Of a stretch of DNA of 64,000 bases, positions 27,720 through 40,700 are shown one piece after another. Each line of letters opens with the position of its first letter. Position 1 is the stretch's first letter. Origin of the DNA: Takakia lepidozioides (lineage: Eukaryota > Plantae > Bryophyta); contig CM060733.1 of NCBI GenBank assembly GCA_030704615.1, positions 51,336,001 to 51,400,000 of the forward strand, written 5' to 3'. Made by a program: the position numbers and the translations under genes. The notes beneath the pieces are model-generated. The model searched no databases, was not told where the DNA came from, and saw only the letters and a list, made by a program, of their open reading frames with translations.

Positions 27720-28541
27720 ATCAATTGAGTCTTCCCCAGTATCTGAATTGAATCAGATCTTGTGCATTAAAAACAAAATCACTAGGCAACATTCTCGTTG
27801 CCTACATCAAAAATCAGGTCAGAAGGTATTAACAATGGTGCACCAATAACCCCCCCCAATCCTGTCTACTGAGACAGTCTAAATCATCCTCGCTCGAATA
27901 TTTGGTCCAACCACATGGCTTGGATACAAAGGTGGCCCCTGTCCCCACCTCTCAAACGTGACCACCTTTGCAATAACATCCACAGCCATCAATAGAACTA
28001 CGCGTGTCAAACCTTCACTCCTCGTAATCCAAAAATGGGCATCACTTCTAAGAGCAGATAAAGTCTTTGCAACTCCAACCTCAAAAACAATAGAAGGCCA
28101 ATCCAGTAACATATCCCAGCCTCTAGGAACCAAAGCCACGTCAGGTTCCTCCTGGCACCCTCCATCGCTGCATCGATAGGATCCCATGGGACTAAGGGCT
28201 AGTATGTCACCGCAACGACTCTGCACCTTCACACTTAGAACAAGTTGCCAGCCCACTCATGAACCTTGCCCACCATTAGTTTCACAATTAGCAACTCCAC
28301 CGTAGAGTCATAAAAGATGCGAACTGATGGTAAGTCGCGACGAGATCTGTCAATCGTTTCCAATACATTCTCAGACACGTTAGAAAATGCCAAGTATTAT
28401 GTAGTCATTGTTGTTGTCTGAGCAGCCAGCCTCTCATAACGCTGCAAGCATACATTCTTCCACCTCTGGACCGAAGCAAACTGAATTGGGGGATCTACTA
28501 TCAAGTATGCCCCCAAGATATTGATATCCCCATCTGTTATC
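27720..28541 (-). pseudogene. Decayed PD-(D/E)xK (Uma2-like / Crinkler C-terminal type) nuclease gene of fungal-like type
   Basis: Reads *YLAFSNVSENVLETIDRSRRDLPSVRIFYDSTVELLIVKLMVGKVHE, a frameshift, then EEPDVALVP..DWPSIVFEVGVAKTLSALRSDAHFWITRSEGLTRVVLLMAVD..FERW..*TVSVD..IGAPLLIPSDLIFD. Internal stops at 28397 and 27879. Confidence 0.7.
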
Positions 28542-31201
28542 TGCTCCAAACAAATTAGAACAAATCAGAATAAGCCATAACAAATCAGAACAAATCATAC
28601 ATGTAATATTCAAGACGCATCTCTATTGATTGGACCACACTGCACGTCAAATTCACTGCTAGCAACTCCCTCCACGGCCAGTTCGCTGCTCCGCAACCTC
28701 CTCCGAGCTCCAGAATCCAGACCCCCACCCATCGTCGTCCCGCTAGTACTCATTCCCTGTCACTGACCACAACTCGACTTCCTTGGATCTGTGCAACAAA
28801 ACAGATCGTTACATGTGATGCTCAAATTCAAGTGGAACTCTATATTCGGAAGCTCAGCAGTGCCATCAAAGAAACTAGCATCTTTGACATTCAAGATTTA
28901 AGCAACTTGCAACTTGCAAGACAAGCCTGACGAGCATTGGACTAGGGGGAAAGGGCACCTGGATTTTTGACTTGCTGTAGAACGGTATACGGTTGTCTGA
29001 CCTTGCTTTTGCCCCACCCGAATAACTGATACACCACATCAAGCAAGAATTCATTTCTTTAAATCCCGGTGAAAATTTCTGGTTCACTCAACAAACGCAG
29101 CAAAGAACCCACTAGGGTTATAGTGAACTTGTGGATTCTCGTCAAAGCATTCTGGTGAAGGCTTCGGACTCTAAAACGTGGTTTTTCCCTAGCCCATCTG
29201 CGGAGTGGTGCATCATCTTCAGCACTCTGTGTCGTTTCCTCTTGTTTCGAGAGTGAGTGAGTATATGGATGTTTACTGTTCCCGAGTGTGGACTATTGTC
29301 AGAATCTTGGCAGTTTCTTTGCTGTGCCAGCCTGCTTTTATCATTGTGTTTTGTGTTGTTGTAAAAAGATAAACTTATTTGATCAGTTTTTCAAGTCTGT
29401 TGGCCATACTCCAGGCTGCCAGGGTAAAATCTGGAACCAAAATGTGTGGACGTACTTGAAATTTACCCGAATCGGAAGCAATATGTACTGTCCCACTTGT
29501 AATCCTAACCAGGAAGACCCGCCACATGTATCCAAGTAACAAGAATTTCATAAGAAATGAGATGCATATGTCAAGTCACAACCGATCATGTGCCAGAATG
29601 TAACTCCTGACCCCTGATAACAGATGGCTCTGGAGGTTGACATTCGGGAGAGGAAAGGCATTAACAGAGGAGCATGGGAAAAATAACCATTCAAAGGCCG
29701 TGAAGGCCTACAAGGGGGGGCACAGACCAGAAGAACCAGAAAACGCAGGGATCAGAGTGCAGAGGAAGGGGAGGGGATTGAAGGTGGAGGCTGCCTAAAA
29801 GGCTTTTAATGTCCTTCTTATTATCAAGCATGTAACTCTTCATCGTATCACCAGCTTCACCTTCACTGTTTCACTCTGGGATGACCTTGCAGCCTGCTCT
29901 CATGGCGCACACCATCTGCTGCTGATGTTACTCTCTGCAGAAGCCATGCCCATGGACCGACTCTGAGCTCAACAACCCCGCCGCAAGGTACTAACCTCGT
30001 TGGATATTGCACTGACTACTAGTGGGCCAAGCTCCATCTCGTTGATTGTGTCGATGATCGACCGATCCTGCACGGCTAGCTAGATGGGTGACATTAGCAT
30101 GAGAGGAGAGGTGGACATTGTTGCCTTTTTGGAGTAGATTCGGAACTCGACCTCTTCTGGCTCAGATTCACAGCCTGGCTGCTTTCGAAACGTAGGAAGT
30201 AGATTCGGGTTTTTAGGGGTTAATGTAGGGTACATGCCTTCATCCTCAGACGACCACGGAAAATTTACTAGAAACTCTAGCAACACACTTAGGGCCCAAC
30301 TGTCATAGAACACTCAAACTACTGGCCACGGCAGGGAGAAAGTTTGATTTCCAATATACAGACAAACCGTAGCAAACAAAACTGACATGCAATGACAATC
30401 CCCGCCGACAACACTTCAATTACCCCCTAAACTCCAACAGTACACACAACGAAACAAGAAAGCAAAACAAACACACAGGCAGGCCGGCAGCCACTCAAAC
30501 ACCCTCACAAGCAAAGACCACCACTAAAAACCCGAACCTACACAGCCACACCAACGAGCAGCCTGAAGGAAGGTAGGGTTTTGAGGGTTTGAGCAGTACC
30601 CAGTGTTGCTTTGAAAACCGAGTTGTTTCTGAGCATTTTAGAGTTCAGCCCTTCCATTTTGCAGCAGTAGCAACTTACTAAAGCCTTGGCAGAGCCATTG
30701 TCTTCCTGAATTTAGTTTTGGTCGGGGTTTGTTATGTTCCAGAGTCACGAGCTTACACACTTTCAAGGAATTGGTGTTGTCTAAAAACATCCCATCTGTT
30801 TTGCTGGGAACGGTTTGATTTTGAAGTGACTCGTATCTCCCCTAGTGGTACTAAGAATTGGTATCAGAGTGTTTTGTTTTCAATGTCATCGATTCGTGAT
30901 CGAGCTGCCTGTTAATGTAAAATGGCGGGGTCATGGCTTTAGATTGCTCACGGGATTGTCGAAGTCGAATCTTGTGGGGTACTGTACGTTAAATCTCTTC
31001 CCCTGATTCCGTTCCTTCCTCTGAATTATATCCTAACTACACATATATGTATCTTGGGGTCTTTGCATTACAGGTGAGTTGGTATTTTCAATACCGCCAT
31101 CTTGAGTAGCAAGCTCACACCGATGACTTGTGGGCTTGCTTAAGCTTGACAAGATTCAGTAAATTCAACTAGCAGCACTTTTATCTCAACGTAGTCCCCA
31201 A

Positions 31202-31287
31202 CCAACCAGTTCAGGCGGAGCAGCGTCTGATGGGCGTTGTCTACCAACCAGTTCAGGCGGAGCAGCGTCTGATGGGCGTTGTCTACC
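31202..31287. repeat. Perfect 42-bp tandem duplication
   Basis: ccaaccagttcaggcggagcagcgtctgatgggcgttgtcta x2. Confidence 0.9.
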
Positions 31288-32220
31288 GTCGAAACTCTCG
31301 CTAGATCGCAATCACGGTGCACTTTAGAGCTTAACCATAAAGGTATGGTTTTCAAGTGCAAATAACAATATGATATTTTCACTCTCTGTCTGTTTGTTTA
31401 CAGGAAACTTGTAGACAAAGCTATCTCTGAGAGTCACATTGGCCGATCCTTGATGATTCGACATGGATGCGACATGTCATTGTTTTCAGAAGTGGGAGGC
31501 AGTTAAGCAGATTGTAGATGCTTGCGAATGCAATGCTGCGACGCAGAAACTGTACTAGTGTTGACGATGATGGAGCTATGTTACCAGATATTGCACGATT
31601 TGATTCACAGCCGGCATTGTGAAGGCCTTCTGAAGCCAAGCCCCTGAAGGTCCCATGAATGAGATTTCATTTTTAGCAGATCAGACACTACAGCAACAAA
31701 TAAGCAGCTCACCTCCTTCTCTGACAGTGTAAGGTCAATATGACATGGTGATGATATGTAGGCTGCATTCCAACACCAAGTGCTTAAAAAGAAAAGTACA
31801 CAATTCCCAACTCAGCACTGAGCAGTAGTCTACGACAAAAAAAATCTTTGTTAAAAGAAAAACTGGTTCTCCATCTGGCAGTTCACTTGCATGATCAAGC
31901 CTACAGGTCATGTTTGAAAATCTTGACCCGCGTGAAGCGCCCACTGTCGTGTCAGCGATTCCTGGCTGTCCCTCTTATGGGGACGAGGAGAGCAACCCCT
32001 ATTTACTGGCTACAAGTTATTTTCTAATTGAACTCCTTGAATACTCAGAACTCGCTTCTGGATGTGAATATGAATTTCTATTGTGCATTCTAACCAGCTG
32101 ACACCACACCATACCCCACTGAAGCCACCTTTCTTTGGACAGGTAACACTTACATATGGGAGGGACAAGTGATGCAGCTCTCAACCGAGGTTACCAAACA
32201 ATGCCTCACCATGTTGCATA

Positions 32221-33305
32221 CTATAGACCGATAACAATCGCTGATATGTCATCCGTTATACCAGACTTCTGGGCAACCGTGGCAAGTTGCTTTGCGATCT
32301 CATCAAATGGTGCATTTCCTCTGTACACATCATCCATGCCAATCAAACCATTTGTGCTTGTCTGCACCTACTTTGGTGCACTTTGTCTACATCTTCCAGA
32401 TCACGCAGACACATACAAGGCTTGTTACAGGAAGCAAGACTAATACAATCAACATATTCAGAAACCTTGCAGAAGCTTGAAATACAGGAGCATGTACCTT
32501 GCGGAGAGGCATATGTCCACAACTTCTTGATTCCCCAGTTCCCAGAGTCCATCAGTTCCCAATATGATCAACTCATCGTCTGTCAGAAAGCCAGCATGTC
32601 ATTGGGTCAGTGTGCTGGTAGGAAGGCAACATATGATCAAAATCCCAGCAATTTGCTGCAAGGGAGAGGCCACTGCAAAAATGTGTGTAAACTTTGTGTT
32701 GCAGGGCATTACCTTCAGAAATTGTTTCCACTGTCACATGTGGCTCTGCAATCAGCCCAAAGCCTCCCCGAGCACCCTCTGCCTTGTCATCTGACCAGCT
32801 ATGACAAAAATGCCCAAGCTGGCATCAACGATAGAGTACGGCATGACATGAACTACTAAATCCCTCGTCTAGAGCCTCTAACTGCCCTGTTGGCAGAAAA
32901 GGAAGCAGTCACATTAACTTACCGTATTTTGCACAACCATATTCTTATCTTCAAACCAATAGACAATTTCAACTCCTTAGTAGGGAGAGATTTCCGCCAA
33001 TGAAGCAAAGTAGGCTTACAAAGAAGGACTCGGGGCCAGCAGCTTCGGATACAAAGATTGTAGTAGTCTTGCCTTTCAAGGTGGACACACTTCTAAAGCA
33101 TTTCAGCCTTGTATCTCCACACGTTTGCCTTGAAAAAATCAAACAAAGAACATAGGCATTCTATGAGATGGGAAATTACTCTTTAAGGTACACATCCCCG
33201 AAAGCACGTGACAAAGCCAGTAGGCCGCCTACCCGCCATATCCCTCCCACATTCACCACCTGCCAGGCAGCACAAGTGCCAATAAGGAAAAGAAAACTAT
33301 TTGAA

Positions 33306-33345
<40 letters not shown>

Positions 33346-35882
33346 GTGTGTGTGTGTGTGTGCCCATGACACATAGTAAACAACAGGAAACCACTTTAGA
33401 AATCATCAACTGTATCCGAGGACAAAATCACTCACTCAGGTGGCCGGAAATGTCTCATGCAGGTAGACTGCCAGACACTTTGGGTCCTCAAAGCTGAAAG
33501 CTTCTGCCAAAGACTGGAAGTCTCAACAGTGTCTGCCTTAAATCTTGTAGTATGAAGGACAAGAGGAGAAATGGTACTCGTCTACACTTCCTGGAGGTAC
33601 AGACAGGACTTACTCTAGCCTGGTTTGATGTTTTAACCCAGCGTCCCAGGCAGTTTCACATGGCCCGTGCGACCAAGGAATTGTCGGATGCCTCAATCAA
33701 ACGATTGGCGGAGGTTGTGTTGCAGGGTGAACCAACTCTGAAGGTGCTCAAGGCCAAGGAGAGATGCAGAGAGCTTCCCAGACAGGCAGGAAGGCATGAT
33801 TATCCAACCGTCCCTGATGACCAGGAAAGCTTGTACAATCACAGAGAGAAAAATGACAGAGAGACAATTACAATTAAAACACACAAAGGAAAGTCCCTGA
33901 GTATGTGCACATACAAGTGGCTTCTTAGGTGTGGGATTCTTCGCCTCTATCCTCTTTCTCTCTGCCTCCACATCTGGCTGCACATTCCCTTTGTATGGAG
34001 TCAGACAAACATTAGTTGAGAAAAATAGAAGGGACAAAAGGTGTATGTGAGCATAAGAGACAAACCTTATCATCATCTTACTCCCGTATGCACCTACCAT
34101 TTGGAATTACTGTTTTCTTGTCTTGAGGTAGGACTGAACCCAAAACAAACCTTAAAAAATGCCATAAACTTCTCACCTCTTTGCAATAATGTGATTATAT
34201 ACTGGTGGAATGTGCCACAGTGTGGGCTGCTGAACTCGTCTCTCACACCATCCAAGACAGTACTCCTCACAAGATATATCATTTTCATGTTTCGTGGCAT
34301 CCCTCTGTGTGCAACAATTATGGACAAAAGTGGACACCTCACCCATTCTATGGCATCTCATAAAATGTCAAATGCACCCATATGCGCCTGAGGGAAAGAA
34401 AATTGGGAAGTAGCTGCTAACCTTGTGGTCAACAGTTAACTGAATTGCCTGACCACCACGAGAAATAACAACACGTGAGTCTCCTACGTTGGCAGTAACC
34501 AAAAGCTGCTTGCCGCCTGACACAACCCAGATCATTTCTTGTATATTAAGTTGAAGTAGGCTTGTAGCTTGGTTATTTTTTGACCATATGAAAAAGGAGG
34601 CACTCTGTCTTTGTCCCATTCTTACAACTGTTCTGAGCTCCTGATAAATCTCCCAGTCTGATATTTCTTAATCTCTTGCCTTATCCCTGATTGCAGCTCT
34701 CAGAATATGTACATCAATGACACAAACCTTCTTTGGGAAAGAGAACAACTGTAGAAGCAGTAGCTCCACATTTAGATCCACCCAATCCACGCTCCCTCAA
34801 TGCGCCAAACAAGCCCTTGGGCTGTGCCTGTTCACAACACAGTGTCGCCACCACACTTTTACCAGACGTTCCTTCTCAAAGCTTTGAGAAAGCCCTAAAC
34901 TGTCCATCAATAAAGAAATTGTCCACCCTTCCACTACTAACAAAGCAGGAATGAAAAGATGCCAGTAATACAAAGACTCCCTAAGATTGAGAATTGGTCT
35001 ATACCAGACATAATTGGTCAACTTCAAGATAAGCTGCTGTTGTAGCCTGCACAAGATCAGGAACTGCAGACACTGTGTTGGTGTCAGGTGCAAGAAATTG
35101 GACTTCTCCATATTATTTGGTAACATGACAATTGGTTGCCACGAAGTGTTGACCCAAAGATTTTTGTAAGTCCATCATAGCTTCTTCACTGGAAGTTACA
35201 CAATGACTCATGGACGAGTTGCTTGGCACTCTATCAGCATTGCATGAAGAAAGAGGATACATAGGGTGTACGACAGATGATGATAAGAGCCATAGTATTG
35301 TAAACCACAATACAGATAATAGCCGTAATATTGAAGTCATTCACATGTGTTGACTACCGGGCCATCTAAACCAAACATACTTCAACTGACTGAAGTTTTG
35401 AAAGAGAGACAAGGAAAGCGAGACTCTCCTTGACATTTGAATAATACCTGCCAGGTTCTTCTTGTATATAGGCCACATATTTGTCCTCAGCATTCTGAAT
35501 CAAAATTGCACAAGAGTCAGACATCAATTGTGTTTCTTTTGCAACTGGGCCCGGAATACAGGCCGTGACTAGTCATTAATACCTTTTTCCCAATCTTTTA
35601 CCATGCATGTGGAAGGACCCTGACATCATGGCATCTAGAGCTTCAAACATGTGACCTAACACTGGTCTAGTGACTGCATTGCCAACATGACTTTTGAGAG
35701 CACAACTCCAGATGAAAAATCATACGAGTAACAAGATTAGAGCCTACTCTGCAACAGCAGTTCCACCATGGCCATCAAAAACTCCAAAAAACGCAGGATC
35801 CACGCCATTCGCATCAACCACTATGCTGTATGTATCTTCCATTACAGGCCTTCCTGTCCCCTGGACAGCTATTGCATCATAT
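32221..35882 (-). CDS. Protein phosphatase 2C (PPM family); catalytic domain over ~10 exons, 5' exons (probably up to ~39000) not resolved
   Basis: Spliced translation: YDAIAVQGTGRPVMEDTY..FFGVFDGHGGTAVAE|MLRTNMWPIYKKNLA|VPDLVQATTAAYLEVDQLCL|AQPKG..CGATASTVVL|..ANVGDSRVVISRGGQAIQLTVDHK|PDVEAERKRIE|..WRVGGLLALSRAFGDVYLK|DWSD..GLIAEPHV|DELIILGTDGLW|..GITDDISAIVIGL* (stop at 32221). The metal-binding Asp motifs are present. Confidence 0.92.
33306..33362. repeat. Compound (GT)n(GA)n(GT)n microsatellite in a PP2C intron
   Basis: Directly visible. Confidence 0.95.
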
Positions 35883-36021
35883 CTGCAAAAGTAGGCATGG
35901 AACACTGAGTGGAACATATAGCCTGGTCTCACAGCGAGAGATGTAAGAAATGCCTACAATGCCCTCTGTGGATGTGGAGTCAACCACCAGCATCTCTCTC
36001 TCTCTCCCTCTCTCTTCCCCC

Positions 36022-37571
36022 AAGAAGGGAAACCCACTTATGTTTTTTTCTTGGATGTCAAAAAGGCTTATGACACAGTGTGGAGAGATGGTCTATGGCT
36101 CCGCCTCTGGTCATCTGGGATCAAGGGAAAGATGTTGAGAGTTGTGCATAACTTGTATGCTCACACCAAAAGTATGTTACTGGTAATGGACAGAAGTCTA
36201 ACTTCTTTGACATAGACCAAGGTGTAGCTCAAGGATGTACCCTCTCCCCTCTGCTCAATGTTTTCGTCAATCAACTCCTCGAGGATGTGGAAAGTGAGGG
36301 ATTTGGGTTAAGGGTGGGTGACGCCACCATACCAGCCCTTCTGTTTGCGGATGACTTTGCAGGCATAGGGGAGACTCCTTCCAACCTCCAGGAATTGATT
36401 GATTGCGCAAAGAGATACTTTGATCTTTGGGGGCTAGAGGCTAACGTCAGTAAATGTGCAGTAGTGGCATTCAACGACAGAGGAGAGGGAGGAAGCGATC
36501 TCAAGTGGCAGTGGGGTAGCCAAGAGATTCCGGTCCTCCCTTCCTACACATACCTGGGCGTTGAGTTTTCCTCCACTGTAACTGGGATGCACATATTCAG
36601 AAAGTTGTTCAAACTGGCAAGGGCAAAGCGCTGAGTCTCACTAAATTTTCCACTGCAGAGGGATCAACTCTGAGGTCAAGAAAACCTTGCTTTGTCGCGT
36701 TATTAGACCTGCCTTGGAGTACGCATCTGCTATATGGGTTGATAACTCCAACCAGGCTAAGTCTCTAGAATCCATTCAAGTGGGGGTGCTTAGGAGTGCA
36801 TGTCAGCATGCTCCAAAACAGCCAATGTGACTGTTTGGGGTGAGTTTGGCATCCCTTCCTTAAGCTCCCGATGAGATGAATTCAAGGTCAGATGGTGGGG
36901 TCAGTTGCAACACATGTCACCAGATATCCTAAGTTAATCAACTCTATATCTTGGAAACAGGACCGCCCTGTCAAACAGGCTAAGTCCTGGCAGAAGAGTA
37001 TAGAAGAGATTCTCAAGGATCTGAATCTGGACCCGCAAGTCTTGACCCTGCTGGATAAATCTGACTTAGAGACTGTAGTGTCCAAAGCCATGTCTGTTAC
37101 CAGAAAATTGTCTGATGAAAATGAAGTTAGGCAGAAAACTTCCCTGAACTTGTTTCCAGTCTGTGACATGGGGGAGGACATCATGGATGACCTCTCTACC
37201 CACTCTCGGCACCAGACTGAAATTTACACTCAGGGCAGGAAGCCTACCTTTGAACAGCAAACAGAAGCAGAGAGGAAAGGGAGAGTGCAATTGCCCGTAG
37301 TGTGGGCAACCCGAAGACAATATTCATTTTCTGATTCACAAGCATCAATCTGCTGTGTGTGGTTTGCCCAATAACTAGGCCCCAGAAGGGCCTGTGAAGG
37401 GATTTCTAGAGGATATCTGGATAACCCGGATCAATGTTCATTATCAAGGTAAGTCTTACTACCGACGTCAGCCCCTGACAGGAGGTAGGTTCTGTGCCTT
37501 TGTGTTCCGCTCAAACTGGGCGCGGGGTCAATGGTCACAAGGCTACGGCAAACAACGTCTTATGAGTAAAT
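36022..37571 (+). mobile_element. 5'-truncated non-LTR retrotransposon (RTE/RTEX-like RT), degenerate, antisense within the PP2C locus
   Basis: RT motifs FLDVKKAYDTVWRDGLW, GVAQGCTLSP, LLFADDF, ANVSKCAVV, YTYLGVEF and RPALEYA. 13-bp TSD tctctcttccccc (36009-36021 and 37572-37584). No poly(A) tail. Confidence 0.9.
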
Positions 37572-38084
37572 TCTCTCTTCCCCCCCCCCCCCCCGGCCCC
37601 TCTCTGGAAGAGAAGATTGTACTTGCCCAATGTGCGGGCAGCCTGAAGACAATATCCATTTTTGCACATCCTCACAAACCCACATCATATTCTTGTGGTG
37701 TTTTTTTGGGTGGGTGCAGGTGAGGGCCACTCTTCACCAATGAAATTTGAGGTCTTGTCTGTATTCGCAAAGCTGGATATGGAGTTATTTTGCAGATATG
37801 AGAAAGCTGCTCGCTTCCAGTGCACTTCCTACTTCTAATGTTACTTCCTAAGATATGAAAGTGAGGAGGCAGATCTGTTTGTGCGAAGGGCCTACCTAGT
37901 GTGCATCTGATTGCCACTTAGACCACCTGAAAACTGGTTTTCCAGCAGGGATCTGTACAGGAACATCAAGAACATGGTTCCTGCACCTCTGTTCACCAAC
38001 TTTCAAAATCTTGAGGCCGAGCCTAAAGCCTTGGCCCTGTAGGGGTCTAACATATGGGCTGCTCACAAACAACAGTTTGATGGT

Positions 38085-38341
38085 TGTGTGGAGGGTTTTC
38101 TAGAGGATATCTGGAAAGCCCGAACCAATTGTTTATATCAAGGTAAGGCACACTACTGGACAGGGCACCGGGTCTATGGCCACAGGCTATGGCAAACAAA
38201 GTCTCTTTGAGCCCTCCCACCGAGACCTTCCTCAGTCTCTTAGACATCATGAAGCTCGCTTTCTCTTCCTTTCTCTCGCTTTCAGTCCAGACTGGGTGCA
38301 TGGTCTATGGCCACAAGGTTATTGCAAACAAATTTGAGTAC
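38085..38341 (+). mobile_element. Two older 3'-end fragments of the same LINE family
   Basis: 38088-38150 matches 37394-37452 (ttctagaggatatctgga..atcaaggtaag). 38160-38211 and 38290-38341 match the tail ggtcNatggccacaaggctaNggcaaacaa..tgag. Confidence 0.8.
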
Positions 38342-39774
38342 ATTCTTTCTTTTCGCTCGAGGTAATTCAGATGATTTATGAATGACCCCGCAGTATACCT
38401 CTTGTGCTGAGCAAGAAGAGCAGAAAAGAGAATCCACATAAATGCATGCAAATACTCACCGCTGAAGAAGAAGCGTACAAGATGGTGAGTAGACGTTTTG
38501 TCGCATTCTGATATTTTCCGGACCTTTCCCTGCAAGCCCACATCCTCCGAACTTCACAGCCTTATTCCCATGGGCAGATGATTCAGTTCAACTTAAAAGT
38601 ATTCTCTGCGGTACAATGACCATCCAAGGTGATCGTGGAAGTAGTACCCAATTAATCTTCTATATACACATCGTTTTTCCAGACCCGTGAATGAGGGAGC
38701 ATTGCTGTGATGCGTGCATCAATGACTGAAGGAAGTTTGCCCTTTCTGAAAAAAAAACATATCCCAGAAACGGTGACTACGGTAAGTGACAGTGCAATTG
38801 CAAGCAGGAAGAACAGTACCTGCCTGGCAAATACACCGAACTACGACGTCCCAAAGGCTGTGCGCCGGTGAGAAATGTGGTCGAGCAGCGATGTGGTGTC
38901 CCCGCGAACAAGCATGCTACCTGTCATAACAGACTGGACCTACTCAAAACCGGTCGAGCAGTTCCAGTTTTCCCCATGCTGATCTTAAGATCTCCATTTT
39001 CCATCAACTACCACTCTCCTCCCTCGCACAAGAGAATAAGCTAGCACAGCTGTTGATTATGATGAATTTCACGACATCAGTACATATGCTCAAGCCTGCG
39101 GAAAGTCCGAACTTGACCCAGCTGGTTATTCGAGTATGCAGCGAGACAGAAAACCCATTTCTCCGACTTGAAATTGCATCTGGACAAGCCACTGTGGAAG
39201 TGGAAGTGCTTACACCGATAGGTGCTGGAGACGTGTTGATGGAGTATGAACAGACGCGCATTGAGCTCATCGCGATGGCCATTCCTGTCACTCAGCTTAG
39301 ATTTGAAGATTGATGAAACGCGAATTCACACCTTCTATCGCATTGTCACACTTCCTGAAGCGAACTCCGGCCTCAGACACTCTCCTCTTCATCACTCTCA
39401 CTGTCCACCACTATCTACTAGTAGAAGGTTAGTAATTGGTGAAGCCAGTGAAGGGAGGCCATCTGGCTGTTTAGATCAGTGAATGTTTATGTACGTAATA
39501 TGTGGCCCCTTGTACTCTTGGCAGCCTGTTTTTAAGTAGTAATTGAGAGCTCTGGAATGAACTAACTTATGGCGTTGACACACGAGCAGTAGCGTCACAC
39601 ATAAAAGTAGAGCTGTATCTATTTTATTGGTTGACGATGAAGCTGCGGCTACCACCACACGGCTGGACATACGCCCATGTTAAATCCTATGCAAAGCTTG
39701 TGTGGCTGCCACCATGGGGATCAGTGCCTCTATCGCTCTTCCAGCCATCAGCCCCTGAAACCCCGTAAAATATG

Positions 39775-40700
39775 GGGCTATATACCAAATCGCGCCATAA
39801 TCCCACCATAATCCAAATCGCGCAGCCAAGCCAAGATTTTATCACTGATGTAAGCTTAGGCTGATGTGGACCTATATACCGTCCCTAGACAACCGTATAG
39901 GCATTTTTTTTTAAATTATCTTGCATTTTTGCGCATAATAATAAAATTAATCAATCAGAAAATTACAATTGTTTTGAAAACAATTTCTCAAATTAGGCAT
40001 CTTCATGCTATAATTTTTTAGAATTAGGCACATGAGAAGAGAAAACATTTATTTTCTTAAGAATAAAACTACAAAATAGACACCCTCTGCCCATGGGCCC
40101 TTCCAAGCTCCAGCTACATTTCATTTCCTATGAAACCCTAAAAATGCCCCTCTTTGTTGTATGCAGTGCTCCAAGGCTCAAGCTGGTATAGGCAAGCTCT
40201 CCCTTCGCTCTCACACTTTAGGTGAGTTCAATATTGATAGGTCCACACTAATGTAGGCGCGTTGTTACAGGGCTTTGGTACATTGATCATTGGGTACATT
40301 GGTCATTGGGTAGGCACGCTGGTTCAGGGCTTTGATACATTGGTCATTGGGTACACTGGTTTTCATATTGGTATGCTGGTGCATGGTGAAACCTCTTACA
40401 TAATAGTACTCTTGAGTTGTGGTAGGCTGGTAGGCTAGTTATTTCCGCACGCATATATTTGTATTGATTTTTGTTCACATAAATTTTGATCTTATTACAA
40501 ACAACATGAGAAGAGGCTTGCAAGTTTTTGGGTGGAATTTTTGGGCATTAGGCACTTTGGTCCCATCATTTCCCAACAATTAGGCCAAAATCCAAAAAAT
40601 TCACAGAATTGATTAGGCACTTTCATTTTGAATTAATTATCGCCGTTGTCCAGGGACGGTATAGGCAAAACTCCTAGCCTTTGGTATTTGGAACGCGACA
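39775..40700. mobile_element. Non-autonomous DNA transposon / MITE-like remnant
   Basis: tataccgtccctagacaac (~39875) is inverted relative to gttgtccagggacggtata (~40645). Internal tandem tacattggtcattggg repeats at 40278-40360; AT-rich interior. Confidence 0.5.

Noticed and set aside
28397-28399. Stop codon repaired by U-to-C RNA editing
   Set aside because: Plant U-to-C editing is organellar, and the locus also has a frameshift; ordinary C-to-T decay explains it.
28900-31900. Additional gene between the nuclease pseudogene and PP2C
   Set aside because: Scattered splice-like signals, but no recognisable protein could be assembled; cannot be supported without transcripts.
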